A stretch of DNA of 64,000 bases from Nitrospirota bacterium (GTDB taxonomy: Bacteria; Nitrospirota; UBA9217). The notes beneath the pieces were generated by a model, which did not search any database, was not told the DNA's origin, and was given only the letters and a program-made list of their open reading frames with translations. The stretch covers positions 1 to 64,000 of the forward strand of contig CAWJQQ010000003.1 of NCBI GenBank assembly GCA_963845065.1. Direction: 5' to 3'. A program made the position numbers and the translations under genes. Position 1 is the stretch's first letter. The number at the start of each line of letters is the position of its first letter. This document shows positions 33,263 through 43,818 of this stretch, piece after piece.

Positions 33263-34489
33263 CGTTTGGTCAAAAAACTCAACCACATTGTTTTGCATGA
33301 TTTTTTTATGAAGTCTAGTTTCTACCTTTTTAACCTTGAACCAACCTCGTGTTGCGGCTATACTCTCCTCGGTATTGCACAAAATACATCTGCGGGAGAG
33401 CCTTCGTGGGTTGGAAACGTTTACTTGCTTATATCTCAGGATCGGTCGAGGAGGAACTGCTTCTGCGGAACGAGTACTTGGTGACGGAAAATCGTATATT
33501 TCGGAATCAACTTAAAGGCTGTCTCCGGCTTACCGACGGGGAGCGAATGGCCTTAGCGGATATCGGAAAGCGCTTGGGGAAAAAGGCATTGGTCGAGGTT
33601 GCCAATATCGTCAAGCCGGAGACCATTTTGGCATGGCACCGCAGGCTCATTGCCCGCAAGTTTGACGGTTCAAAAAACAAGATATCACAGGGCAGGCCCA
33701 AGATAGAAGGGGAACTCGAAGTTTTAGTCGTACGCCTGGCGAAAGAAAATAGAAGCTGGGGCTATGATCGCATCGTCGGGGCGCTGGCCATTCTGGGGCA
33801 TAGGGTTAGTGATCAGACGGTGGGAAACATCCTAAAGCGGCACGGCATCGCACCCGCGCCAGAGCGGAAAAAGACGACTACCTGGAAAGAGTTCATCTGT
33901 GCCCATAGGGATCTGCTGGTAGCAACGGATTTCTTTACTGCGGAAGTGTGGACCGTTTTTGGTCTGAAAACTTATTACATTCTCTTTCTAATACGGATCA
34001 GTACTCGTGAAATCCATGTGGCTGGGATAACGTCACATCCAAATGAACAATGGATGACTCAGGTTGCCCGGAATATCACCATGGACGAATGGGGCTTTCT
34101 AGCTCCCGGGCAGTCCTTAATCTTCGACCGGGATACCAAGTTTTGTGCAACTTTCCAGAAGACCCTCGAAGCGGGCGGAGTCAGAAGCATCCGTCTTCCA
34201 CCTCGTAGTCCCAATTTAAATGCTTACGCTGAAAGATGGGTGAAGTCGGTTAAGGTTGAGTGTTTATCTAACGTAATTCTCTTTGGAGAGAAAGCTCTCC
34301 GGCATGCCATAGGAGAATATGTCGAGCACCATCACAAAGAACGCTACCATCAGGGAATAGGGAATGTGCTGCCTTTCCCTTCTCTACGATGGCAGCAAAA
34401 GCATGAACATTCCATCAAATGTCGAGAAAGGCTCGGAGGACTGCTTAAATATTACTACCAGAAGGCTGCTTGAGTTTTTTGACCCTACG
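33263..34489 (+). mobile_element. IS with rve (integrase core) transposase, copy 1
   Basis: 18-bp imperfect IRs CGTTTGGTCAAAAAACTC / GAGTTTTTTGACCCTACG. Confidence 0.85.
33349..34473 (+). CDS. Integrase-core-domain (DDE) transposase
   Basis: WGYDRIVG, ATDFF, IFDRD, NAYAERWV; start uncertain. Confidence 0.9.
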   Translation: MLRLYSPRYCTKYICGRAFVGWKRLLAYISGSVEEELLLRNEYLVTENRIFRNQLKGCLRLTDGERMALADIGKRLGKKALVEVANIVKPETILAWHRRLIARKFDGSKNKISQGRPKIEGELEVLVVRLAKENRSWGYDRIVGALAILGHRVSDQTVGNILKRHGIAPAPERKKTTTWKEFICAHRDLLVATDFFTAEVWTVFGLKTYYILFLIRISTREIHVAGITSHPNEQWMTQVARNITMDEWGFLAPGQSLIFDRDTKFCATFQKTLEAGGVRSIRLPPRSPNLNAYAERWVKSVKVECLSNVILFGEKALRHAIGEYVEHHHKERYHQGIGNVLPFPSLRWQQKHEHSIKCRERLGGLLKYYYQKAA

Positions 34490-34723
34490 GGTTTAGAGGA
34501 ATCATTTTCCTGCAGCGCCAATGCAGATTTCAGAGGAAGGTCTTCGCAAGTTATTGCAAATCGAAATAATTACACATTGAAAACTAATTTTTCCACCAGG
34601 CGGCTGAGTACGATATTACTTTTGGAAGCAAGTTGAATGCTTACGGTTTTTATCTTGAACTGACTCCGTCGTTCAACGAAATAATATAGGCAGGCTGCTT
34701 AATTCATTGCCCTCCGGCGGATT

Positions 34724-35176
34724 TTACAGTCTCTCGTGCAACAGCTGCCTAAATTCATGCAAAAAATCACCCGGATTCATGACCTTCGGGCGGTCAAGCG
34801 CGCGAGGACCCTTTGTCATAAAGTGCTTCTGGTCCCACGTCACCAGATAGTCAGCTTGCGCGGCAACTGCGGCTGCAAGAATCGGCGCATCATGGGGTTG
34901 AATAAGCGACGAGTACCGCAAAATATCGCGCTGAGAAGGGTCTGCGGTGAGAACGGGGGCGAGGGTTTGAAGGTAGTTCCGGAAATCGTCCAGGCACTCA
35001 GGAAGTTTTGCGGTGATATTCCTGTCGACCTCTACAACAACCTGACGCGAGACAATAATCTCTATAAGGCCTATTTCAGCAAGTCGCAGGATTTCGCGGG
35101 CTGCTCCTTTTGAAGAAGCTATCCCCGCGATAAGTGCACTAGAATCCAGAAAGACCTTAGGCCTTGGCTTTCGCAT
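34724..35176 (-). CDS. PIN-domain toxin
   Basis: VFLDSSALIA, HDAPILAAA, YLVTWDQKHF. Confidence 0.88.
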   Translation of the reverse strand: MRKPRPKVFLDSSALIAGIASSKGAAREILRLAEIGLIEIIVSRQVVVEVDRNITAKLPECLDDFRNYLQTLAPVLTADPSQRDILRYSSLIQPHDAPILAAAVAAQADYLVTWDQKHFMTKGPRALDRPKVMNPGDFLHEFRQLLHERL

Positions 35177-35429
35177 GGGCCTCTTGTCTGTATTTTTTTC
35201 GTTGATCCTTCAGGTTAATGAGCAGATCGTCGAGGGTCAGTCCTTTCCGCTTCATCGCGGACTCAACCTTCCTGGCCACAGCATCGCCGAACGGTTTGCG
35301 TGGGGTAAGAATGAGCATCTCATCAATCTTCACCATGTTCAATGTGTCGTTTTCACCGAGGCCGAGGTCCTTCCGAAAGGAAGAAGGAATGGTTACCTGG
35401 CCCCGCTCACGAATACGGACGGTAGGCAT
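35157..35429 (-). CDS. AbrB/MazE/SpoVT family antitoxin
   Basis: RGQVTIPSSFRKDLGL; overlaps the PIN gene. Confidence 0.88.
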   Translation of the reverse strand: MPTVRIRERGQVTIPSSFRKDLGLGENDTLNMVKIDEMLILTPRKPFGDAVARKVESAMKRKGLTLDDLLINLKDQRKKYRQEAHAKAKA

Positions 35430-35683
35430 GGAAACCTCCAATTTTCTGATTTTACGATATTCAGATTATACGCCGATCATGGTATATCGTCAATAGTCTA
35501 TATCCTCTTCACACAGTGCCGCATATGGAGCCCATCCTAAACGGTTCGTGATAAAAAACGCCTGTCCCTCCTTCATTACAGGCTACACAAACCGAAACCG
35601 GTCCCTTTCGGTGAGGGGGAAGTGCACTAAATTCAAACGGGAGTTGTCTCAAAGTCATTTACAAATTCGAGTCGCCCTGATCT

Positions 35684-36907
35684 CGTATGGCCAAAAAACT
35701 CGAACGCTCCGTTTTGCAAGATTTATTTGCTGCATAGTTTCGTCTTTTTACCCTTGAACCGACCATGTGAAGCGGCTATACTCTCCTCGGTATTGCATAA
35801 AATACATCTGTGGGAGAGCCTTCGTGGGTTGGAAACGTTTACTTGCTTATATCTCAGGATCGGTCGAGGAGGAACTGCTTCTGCGTAACGAGTACTTGGT
35901 GACGGAAAATCGTCTATTTCGGAATCAACTTAAAGGCTGTCTCCGGCTTACCGACGGGGAACGAATGGCCTTAGCGGATATCGGAAAGCGCTTGGGGAAA
36001 AAGGCATTGGTCGAGGTTGCCAATATCGTCAAGCCGGAGACCATTTTGGCATGGCACCGCAGGCTCATTGCCCGCAAGTTTGATGGTTCTAAATATAGGG
36101 CCTCGCAGGGCAGACCGAAGATAAAAGGGGAACTCGAAGCTTTAATCATACGCCTGGCGAAAGAAAATAGAAGCTGGGGCTATGATCGCATCGTCGGGGC
36201 GCTGGCCAATCTGGGGCATAGGGTTAGTGATCAGACGGTGGGAAATATCCTAAAGCGGCACGGCATGGCACCCGCGCCAGAGCGGAAAAAGACGACTACC
36301 TGGAAAGAGTTTATCCGTGCCCATAGGGATCTGCTGGTAGCAACGGATTTCTTTACTGCGGAAGTGTGGACCGCTTTTGGTCTGAAAACTTATTACATTC
36401 TCTTTCTAATACGGATCAGTACTCGTGAAATCCATGTGGCTGGGATAACGTCACATCCAAATGAACAATGGATGACCCAGGTTGCCCGGAATATCACCAT
36501 GGACGAATGGGGCTTTCTAGCTCCCGGACAGTCCTTAATCTTCGACCGGGATACCAAGTTCTGTGCAGCTTTCCAGAAGACCCTCGAAGCGGGCGGAGTC
36601 AGAAGCATCCGTCTTCCACCTCGTAGTCCCAATTTAAATGCTTACGCTGAAAGATGGGTGAAGTCGGTTAAGGTTGAGTGTTTATCTCACGTAATTCTCT
36701 TTGGAGAGAAAGCTCTCCGGCATGCCATAGGAGAATATGTCGAGCACTATCACAAAGAACGCAACCATCAGGGAATAGGGAATGTGCTGCTTTTCCCTTC
36801 TCTACGATTGCAGCAAAAGCATGAACATTCCATCAAATGTCGAGAAAGGCTCGGAGGACTGCTTAAATATTACTACCAGAAGGCTGCTTGAGTTTTTTGA
36901 CCCTACG
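35684..36907 (+). mobile_element. IS with rve transposase, copy 2
   Basis: IRs CGTATGGCCAAAAAACTC / GAGTTTTTTGACCCTACG; near-identical to copy 1 across the ORF. Confidence 0.85.
35767..36891 (+). CDS. Integrase-core-domain (DDE) transposase
   Basis: Close paralog of 33349-34473. Confidence 0.9.
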   Translation: MKRLYSPRYCIKYICGRAFVGWKRLLAYISGSVEEELLLRNEYLVTENRLFRNQLKGCLRLTDGERMALADIGKRLGKKALVEVANIVKPETILAWHRRLIARKFDGSKYRASQGRPKIKGELEALIIRLAKENRSWGYDRIVGALANLGHRVSDQTVGNILKRHGMAPAPERKKTTTWKEFIRAHRDLLVATDFFTAEVWTAFGLKTYYILFLIRISTREIHVAGITSHPNEQWMTQVARNITMDEWGFLAPGQSLIFDRDTKFCAAFQKTLEAGGVRSIRLPPRSPNLNAYAERWVKSVKVECLSHVILFGEKALRHAIGEYVEHYHKERNHQGIGNVLLFPSLRLQQKHEHSIKCRERLGGLLKYYYQKAA

Positions 36908-37903
36908 ACAACCGATTACGCCTTCCTGTACACTGGCGGTACGATGTATGACCTTAACAGCTTGATACCTTCATCTTCAGGTTGGACCCTTGAGGATGCA
37001 TATGGGATCAATGACTATGGTCAGATTGTCGGCGTTGGAATAATTAATGGTCTTGAGCATGCATTTCTACTGACTCCTTGGGTGGCAGCGCCTGTGACGA
37101 CAGGCATGGCTGTTTCGGTTACTCCCAGCTCGCAAATCAATATCACCTTCAGTGACGTGATGTCAGGCGGAACTGTGACGGCTGTCACGGTCTTGCCGGG
37201 AAATCTGCCTGCGCCGCCTGCGAATTTCACGCTCCTCGGCGGTACATCATCCTATGACATCACGACCGATGCGAATTTCAGCGGCCAAGTTGAGGTCTGC
37301 ATCAGCTATGACCCGGCCAAAATCACTGTTCCCGAGCAAATGCTTCGGCTCTACCATTTGAGTGGCGACACCTGGACCGATATTACACTGCTGCCGGTAG
37401 ACACTGTTAACAAGAAGGTCTGCGGTCTGACCAGTTCGTTCTCTGTCTTCGCAGTGGCTGAACCCACCTATACCCCGGAAGTTCTGTCTATACGCTATGC
37501 CGCTGTGCAGTTCGGGAACAAACAGGACACCATGGGCAACGTGCTGCTCTGGGTTGACTTTAAGGTGCCCATGCCCGCGGCCAGCGATGTGATCACCGGC
37601 ACGTTCGACAGCGTCACCCTCTTCTCTGCACCCTTCTCGTCGTTCAAGCGTGTGCTGCCGAACGTATACTGGGATGTGAAGAATGGCTATGACATTACGA
37701 TAGACTTTAAACTTGGCCAGATCGTCGTTATCACTCCCCAGATCGCGCTTGCCGGCCTCGACAACTCGAACGGCGTGGATGTGCAGTTCAGCATAAGCGG
37801 CAGTAATGGGATGGAAATCGGATTCCAGCACATAACGATGACACCGGAACCACTAAACCGGCTGGTGTATCGCCGGAACGACATATTCGGTAACCCACTG
37901 TAG
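36908..37903 (+). pseudogene. C-terminal part of a secreted HAF-repeat protein, truncated by IS
   Basis: AFLYTGGTMYDLN..AYGINDYGQIVG..HAFLLTP repeat begins right after the IS end. Confidence 0.72.
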
Positions 37904-38113
37904 ATTGTTCATAGACTCCATCATGAACTGTTCCTGCAACGGAACTTTGCCGGGCACACTACCGAGCAAACACTCGGTAGTTGTGCCCACTTACGGGCAG
38001 TTAATCTCGTTCATGGAGATCATGACGGCCGGGATTCCGATGGATTAATGTTTAGTATAATCGGCCGTCTTAATATACCCTATGTTCAACAATACAAGAA
38101 ACGACAGACAAAC

Positions 38114-38539
38114 ATGAAAAACACCGAATTAATAAGAGCCCTAATGTACATATTGGTGAGTCTCGTGTTGGCACTTCCCTCCTGTGGAGGAGAAGGCGAA
38201 GGCTCATCTTCACACAGCAATGGAGCCGAACAAGTCAGGCAAGTTAGCGGAGTCAACGGAAGGACAGCGGTACTAAGGGCCATTGACATTACGCCGAGCA
38301 ATCCCCTGGATGTCAACTCTGGAACGCAACTTCACTTTAATGCAAGGGGCTACTTCTCAGACAATTCTGTGCAGAATATAACGACAACGGTGGTCTGGAC
38401 CTCATCTGACACATCAATTGCAACCATTAGTAATGCGCCAGACTCAAAGGGACAGGCAATAGCTGTATCGAGAGGTTATTGTAGCATTTCTGCTGCGCTG
38501 GGTAGCATTTCGGGTTCAACAATCATAGGCATTAACTAA
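38114..38539 (+). CDS. Lipoprotein with Ig-like (Big_2-type) domain
   Basis: Lipobox LPSC; ITPSN..VVWTSSDTSIATIS. Confidence 0.75.
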   Translation: MKNTELIRALMYILVSLVLALPSCGGEGEGSSSHSNGAEQVRQVSGVNGRTAVLRAIDITPSNPLDVNSGTQLHFNARGYFSDNSVQNITTTVVWTSSDTSIATISNAPDSKGQAIAVSRGYCSISAALGSISGSTIIGIN

Positions 38540-38608
38540 TGCCATTAACTTGGAGAAGATGTGGAAGAAAATGCATTGAGGACGTGAGAAAGGAGGGGTG
38601 AGATAGCA

Positions 38609-40136
38609 GAGGTTATACTGTTTTTAGTTGAAATTGAAAAGAGTGGCTCCCCCGTGGCATAATCCACGGTAGAGAGAGAGAAACAAAGAAAGGAGCCACT
38701 CGATGAAGGATACCACAAGGAAGAGGAAAAAGGCAATACGAGGAATTGAAGAGGCATATGGAAGGCAGGAGATCATTGAACAGATGTATTATGTCTTCGC
38801 AAAAGGTAAACAGGGTTTTGATGAATGCATGAAGGAAATGGGCCGACTGATGGCGGAGACGATCATGTACATCGAGCGTGAGGAGATTGCCGGGCCAGAC
38901 TACCAGCCCACCAGTCCTGACCTGTGGAAGTGGGCAAGCCAGGGCGGTTCCGTCTATATCGGAGATCAGAAGATCCCAGTGACCCACCCTCGGCTTCGAG
39001 GTCCGGCTGGTGAGATTGCGCTTCAGAGTTATCAGAAGTTGAAAAAACCGGAAGGTTTCTCAGAAGAATTGCTTGGAAAGGTACTCCGTGGCATATCATG
39101 CCGGAAGTATGCGGAGACGGTTGTAGATACGGCGCAAGCATTTGGCGTATCTGCCAGCACGGTGTCGAGCCATATCGTCGCGGCAACAGCAAAACAGCTT
39201 CAGGAGTTTAAGGAACGGTCACTCACGTCATTCGTCCCCTTTGCAGTCTTTTTAGACACTGTTCACCGCGGCGGAGAGGCATTCATCGTGGCGCTGGGGC
39301 TCGATAGTGCTGGAACGAAGCAGACATTGGGATTCTGGCAGGGGGCGACGGAGAACCATGAATTGTGCGAAGAACTGTTTTCCGATATGGAACGGCGGGG
39401 TCTGACACTATCACGACGAATCATCTGGGTCACCGATGGTGGCAGAGGCGTAATCAAAGCTCTCCGGGATCGCTTCGGCAAGAAATTGATCCATCAGCGG
39501 TGCACGATCCACAAGGACCGCAATATACAGCATCATTTGCCGAAGAAATACCGGAAAGACGCACACAGGAGGTTCCGAACTGCCCTGGAGCAGAATAATT
39601 ACGCAGATGCTCGTCAGATGCTTCTGGACATGGAGAAATGGCTTCGGGGCATCAATGAGTCGGCGGCTGATTCGCTCATGGAAGCGATAGAAGACATTCT
39701 CACCCTTCACCGGTTGAAGGTTCCCGCTCTCTTGCGGAATACCTTGCATTCTACCAATCCTATTGAGAGCATGTTTTCTACGGTGAGAAAAGCAGAGGGC
39801 AATATAAAGCGCTATCGCGACAGCAAGATGATGCAGCGCTGGCTCGCTTCTGTTCTTTTATATGCTGAACAAGGATTCAGGAAGATCAAGGGTCACGCCT
39901 TCATCGCGGACGTGATGAAACGGATCGAGGCGGACGAAATAAATGACCTAACGGTCAAAAAGGCTGCATAAGGAGGGATGGTTAGGTATGGCTCGGCCTC
40001 AGAAAACTCAAATATGGCGATCCTACGAATCCGATTTTATACACAACGATGCTTTACACCGTTGAATCGATAAAAAGCCTTAGCCGAAGGGAGCGCGGGC
40101 CACTCAACTAATTTCAACTAAAAACTTGACCTGATC
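38609..40136 (+). mobile_element. IS256 family element
   Basis: IRs sharing GTTTTTAGTTGAAATT; 9-bp target duplication GAGATAGCA at 38600-38608 and 40137-40145. Confidence 0.93.
38703..39971 (+). CDS. IS256 family transposase
   Basis: VTDGG, HQRCTIHKDRN, STNPIES. Confidence 0.93.
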   Translation: MKDTTRKRKKAIRGIEEAYGRQEIIEQMYYVFAKGKQGFDECMKEMGRLMAETIMYIEREEIAGPDYQPTSPDLWKWASQGGSVYIGDQKIPVTHPRLRGPAGEIALQSYQKLKKPEGFSEELLGKVLRGISCRKYAETVVDTAQAFGVSASTVSSHIVAATAKQLQEFKERSLTSFVPFAVFLDTVHRGGEAFIVALGLDSAGTKQTLGFWQGATENHELCEELFSDMERRGLTLSRRIIWVTDGGRGVIKALRDRFGKKLIHQRCTIHKDRNIQHHLPKKYRKDAHRRFRTALEQNNYADARQMLLDMEKWLRGINESAADSLMEAIEDILTLHRLKVPALLRNTLHSTNPIESMFSTVRKAEGNIKRYRDSKMMQRWLASVLLYAEQGFRKIKGHAFIADVMKRIEADEINDLTVKKAA

Positions 40137-40215
40137 GAGATAGCAGAAGTACATGCATTATCGTTGGGTACAGTCTAATAAGGAAAATCATTGTTGATGT
40201 GATAAGGGAGGACAT

Positions 40216-40731
40216 ATGCGGAAGATAGCTACGGTATCAGCAATGGGTATTTGCCTCACTGTTTTAATCATTGCAGGATTGCCACGATATAGTAATGCGA
40301 CGACAATTTACGCGTGCGTAGGAAAGGGAGATTTGGGTTTAGTTAGAATAGTAAGTGGGCCCGGACAATGCAGCCGGTTAGAAACCTCAACCTCATGGGA
40401 TTCAGAAGGACCTCAGGGTCCTGTGGGGCCTCAAGGACCGGCTGGAGTCGCAAATGGCATTACTACCGGGGTACACGGCGTGATATTGTATAATGGCACG
40501 ATAGAAGACGGGGTTGGCTTCTCTTCTGCGTATGCAGGAACAGGTATATATTACATCACATTCACCCAGGCCTTCTCTTTTCCAGGCCCCCATTGTGTGG
40601 TCTCGGCGTTTCAGTCACCCCCAACGTCAATATGTTCAGTATTTGGATACGGCCCGACCACCCTGTACGTCAACTGCGGTACGAACCAAGGGTATGCAGA
40701 TACATCTTTCTCGTTTATATGCGTACAGTAA
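40216..40731 (+). CDS. Secreted protein with short collagen-like (Gly-X-Y) segment, paralog A
   Basis: Signal peptide, GPQGPVGPQGPAG, ends FSFICVQ; GGAGG RBS. Confidence 0.8.
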   Translation: MRKIATVSAMGICLTVLIIAGLPRYSNATTIYACVGKGDLGLVRIVSGPGQCSRLETSTSWDSEGPQGPVGPQGPAGVANGITTGVHGVILYNGTIEDGVGFSSAYAGTGIYYITFTQAFSFPGPHCVVSAFQSPPTSICSVFGYGPTTLYVNCGTNQGYADTSFSFICVQ

Positions 40732-41038
40732 CTGCGAGGAGTCCGTTATGTGCGGCCAAGAATTGGAGAGGCGGCTCCTCTCACCCAACTCACTCACCGC
40801 AGCACATACGACCAAAGCAAGTAGGAGAGAAGGCTCCTCTCGCTTTTGATCATAAACCCGAACCACACGTTCGAGAAACTTCTCTTCAGTATTTTCAGCC
40901 ACTATAAGCCCCTCTGGTGGGAAAAGCATTGAGAACGTATGAAAGGATGACTTTTGGGATAGATTGCAGCGGTCTGAGCATGACCGTTGGTACGGTGTGA
41001 AAAAGAAAAATATTGTTTAACATAAGAAAGGAGGACAT

Positions 41039-41710
41039 ATGCGAAAGATAGCTGTTGTATCAGCAATCGGTATTTGCCTCACTATTTTAATCATTGCAGG
41101 ATGGCCCGGATCATGTGGTGCGGCCACAATTTACGCGTGTTATGGTAGGATACTTGGAACAGTCAGAATAGTGAGTGGTCCCAATCAGTGCAATAGCCTT
41201 ATTGAAAGCCCAATATCATGGGATTCTGTAGGACCCGTGGGTCCTCAAGGACCAGCCGGAGCACAAGGGCCGGCCGGAGCGCAAGGGCCTCAGGGGCCAG
41301 CTGGAGCGCAAGGGCCAGCCGGAGCACAAGGGCCTCAGGGACCAGCCGGAGTCGCCAACGGGATATCCGTGGCAATCCATGGGGTAATCGATAGTGACGG
41401 AACTATTATCGTAGGCAGCGGTTTCACAGTTGCGCACAGTGCTACCGGGACCTATGCCATAACGTATATAGCGTCGCCGTCGGAACCTTTCATTGTGCTT
41501 CCCAGTTGCACTGTCACCCCGGACTTGGAGGATCTCACGTCACTCAGTGCTATTACATGTTCAGATAATGTGGGTGGTCTTGGACTCACGGTCCATTGCG
41601 TCCAACCCTCCAGCATTACCGTCACCGACGCTACTGGCCTGCCACAAGTAGTCGCTGGAATCAGCATGATTGGCAGCGACACACGGTTCGCATTTATCTG
41701 TGTACAGTAA
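41039..41710 (+). CDS. Secreted protein with collagen-like repeat, paralog B
   Basis: Signal peptide, about 13 GXY triplets, ends FAFICVQ; GGAGG RBS. Confidence 0.82.
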   Translation: MRKIAVVSAIGICLTILIIAGWPGSCGAATIYACYGRILGTVRIVSGPNQCNSLIESPISWDSVGPVGPQGPAGAQGPAGAQGPQGPAGAQGPAGAQGPQGPAGVANGISVAIHGVIDSDGTIIVGSGFTVAHSATGTYAITYIASPSEPFIVLPSCTVTPDLEDLTSLSAITCSDNVGGLGLTVHCVQPSSITVTDATGLPQVVAGISMIGSDTRFAFICVQ

Positions 41711-42573
41711 CAAATCCGCCTACATTAGCCAGGGTAATGGTTCAAAGAGGCGGTCACTCTTCCCCAACTCACCCGCCGCCGCACATACAAATCCAAGCAA
41801 GGGGAGCCAAAAAGCTTCCCTTACTCTTGTTCATGAAGCCGGACCAGGGCGACATCTATTTCACACTGGGACAAAATGAAGACTGCGAGAATTTGCGAAA
41901 AATATTAGGCTATTAGCGATTTCTAACAGTCGTATTAGGGTTCAATTTCTGAATAGTCGAGCATAAATAGATTCTCTTTTTTGTTTTGAGAACTTTTATG
42001 AATACTAGCAGGGGGGAGAAGTTTTTTAAACGGTAGGTCCAGCGAAAGCTGGTGCAATGATTACAACATGCGGGTCGAGAACGACGCACATAAGTCGCTC
42101 ACCCGCGTGTTACAATTTTCATGTAGTATTTTGCATTGATATTTAGTCAACAGGCCTGCATGCTTGTAGGTGTATCTTACAAAACCTTGCCACTCGTTAT
42201 CATGTTTATCTCCTGGTTGAATTGTGCACTCCCAGATTAACTTCTCTATCCGATAATATTTTTAAGTTGTAGATCAACCGGCTCCCCCTTCTTTATCGGA
42301 CCCAACGGAATATCTCCCTTCATTCTCACATGCTCATTTTTTCTTATCTTCATTTTAATGGCCTCCTCATGCTCGTTTAAATTTTAGGAGTCACCAGAAC
42401 TCCGTATTAACCTATTATTTGTATGGTAGCATGCTACGATATCTCCGATATGATGTTTTAGGCCTAAGATAAAATACTCAGAAATATAGGATGTTCTTAC
42501 AATTACATTTCTGGCAGGCTCTTGGTATAGTGTAATCAAAAGAAGGGAAAAAAACGAAAAGGAGGAAAATAAA

Positions 42574-42810
42574 ATGCTTACATACAAGGGAGATAACAAG
42601 ATAGGAACAGTCGTCATGCTGTTGGCGAGTCCGATTATCGGATTGGTCTACGTGGTCTTTCTACCGTTTATCGGCATAGCGACCTTGGCAGCTGTCGCAG
42701 GTCGTGAGGTTCTGGGCAGCGTGGCAGTCAAGACCATTTCTTTTGGATGGAGGCCTGTGGAGGCGTATTTAGCAGGCAAGAAGAAAGAGAAGAAACATGA
42801 AACCAAGTAG
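42574..42810 (+). CDS. Small membrane protein, paralog of the C-terminal half of 42914-43333
   Basis: P.IGL.Y.V.LP helix and WRPVEAYLAG motif; AGGAGG RBS. Confidence 0.7.
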   Translation: MLTYKGDNKIGTVVMLLASPIIGLVYVVFLPFIGIATLAAVAGREVLGSVAVKTISFGWRPVEAYLAGKKKEKKHETK

Positions 42811-42913
42811 CCGCTCGGCCGCAAGTAACCGGGTACAGCGTTCGCACATCGCATGAAACCAACAAATGAAAGGGTGCAGATGACACCCAATATCTTAAGA
42901 AAGGAGAAAATCC

Positions 42914-43333
42914 ATGTATACGATGGTAGATTTTGTCACTCATGTGAAGGGAATCGAGTATATCCTGTCGCTTCTAGCAATTGCCGGGTTCCTGGTGTTC
43001 TGGGAGAGCCTGAAGCCCAGACCGTTCAGGACCGTGGTCAACACCGGAAAAGAAGATCTGGCGCATATCCAGGAGGCCGGAGGATTGAGGAGCGTAGCGA
43101 AGAGCGCCTGTAGGATAGTAGCCGCGCCGTTCATCGGGATGGCATATATCGTGATGCTGCCGATCGGGTTCTTCATTGTCCTTGCCGCTGCCCTGGTCAA
43201 TCTTGCCATGAAGGGGATAGCGAGCGTCGTGGGGAAGAGTCTGACCTTTGAATGGAGGCCTGTGGAGGCTTATTTGGCAGGCAGGAAGAATAAAAAGAGA
43301 AAGGGCGGTGCCACGAAAGGCTACGTGAAATAG
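42914..43333 (+). CDS. Small membrane protein with HmcD-like N-terminus
   Basis: MYTMVDFVTHVKGIEYIL..FLVFW resembles Desulfovibrio HmcD-type peptides (from memory); WRPVEAYLAG motif. Confidence 0.65.
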   Translation: MYTMVDFVTHVKGIEYILSLLAIAGFLVFWESLKPRPFRTVVNTGKEDLAHIQEAGGLRSVAKSACRIVAAPFIGMAYIVMLPIGFFIVLAAALVNLAMKGIASVVGKSLTFEWRPVEAYLAGRKNKKRKGGATKGYVK

Positions 43334-43818
43334 GTTTCCCTGCCATTAGACTGGAAATTTCATGATAATATAAGAAGGATTATATTTATTACTCCCCATA
43401 TACATTAAGTTGCAAAAAAAGCGTCACCTGCAGTCACCAGGGAGGCTAAATTTTGGGAAATATTATGAATCAGTTACCCCACTTTTTTTTTAAACGTTCC
43501 GCCTAGTATTCTTCATTGATTTTTGGTCAACATTACTGCAGGTTTGTAGGTGGAGACCGCAATTATTAAAAAAGCGTAACTGTCATTGACTTCTTCCTGA
43601 AGGTGTGGAGTTTCCTTTCGTCTCAACAAGCAAGACTACGACCGAAATTAAACACCTGATGCTACCCCTCTCATACCCAATCCAGGGCCATCCCAGGCGA
43701 TTGACATGCCACGGGATTCGGCATATAGGCGTGGCATTGTACGGGATGGTCGCGGATCGGCTTCTCCGGGATCTGGATCGTGAAATACGGGGCGAGCCCT
43801 GGCGTAAACCTCGAAAAG

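Noticed and set aside
36782..36907. Apparent N-terminus of the 373-aa ORF
   Set aside because: Derived from an alternate frame of the IS end, not part of the HAF protein
42030..42095. CCAGC-GAAA-GCTGG hairpin as a c-di-GMP-I riboswitch
   Set aside because: Lacks the GGCAAA/GACGCAAA context and the second stem
42272..42286. GATCAACCGGCTCC as distal att of the tRNA-Thr island
   Set aside because: Only about 8 contiguous bases match the tRNA 3' end; expected by chance
42512..42530. Sigma54 promoter TGGCAGGCTCTTGG before 42574
   Set aside because: The -12 GC is absent and the spacing is off by one
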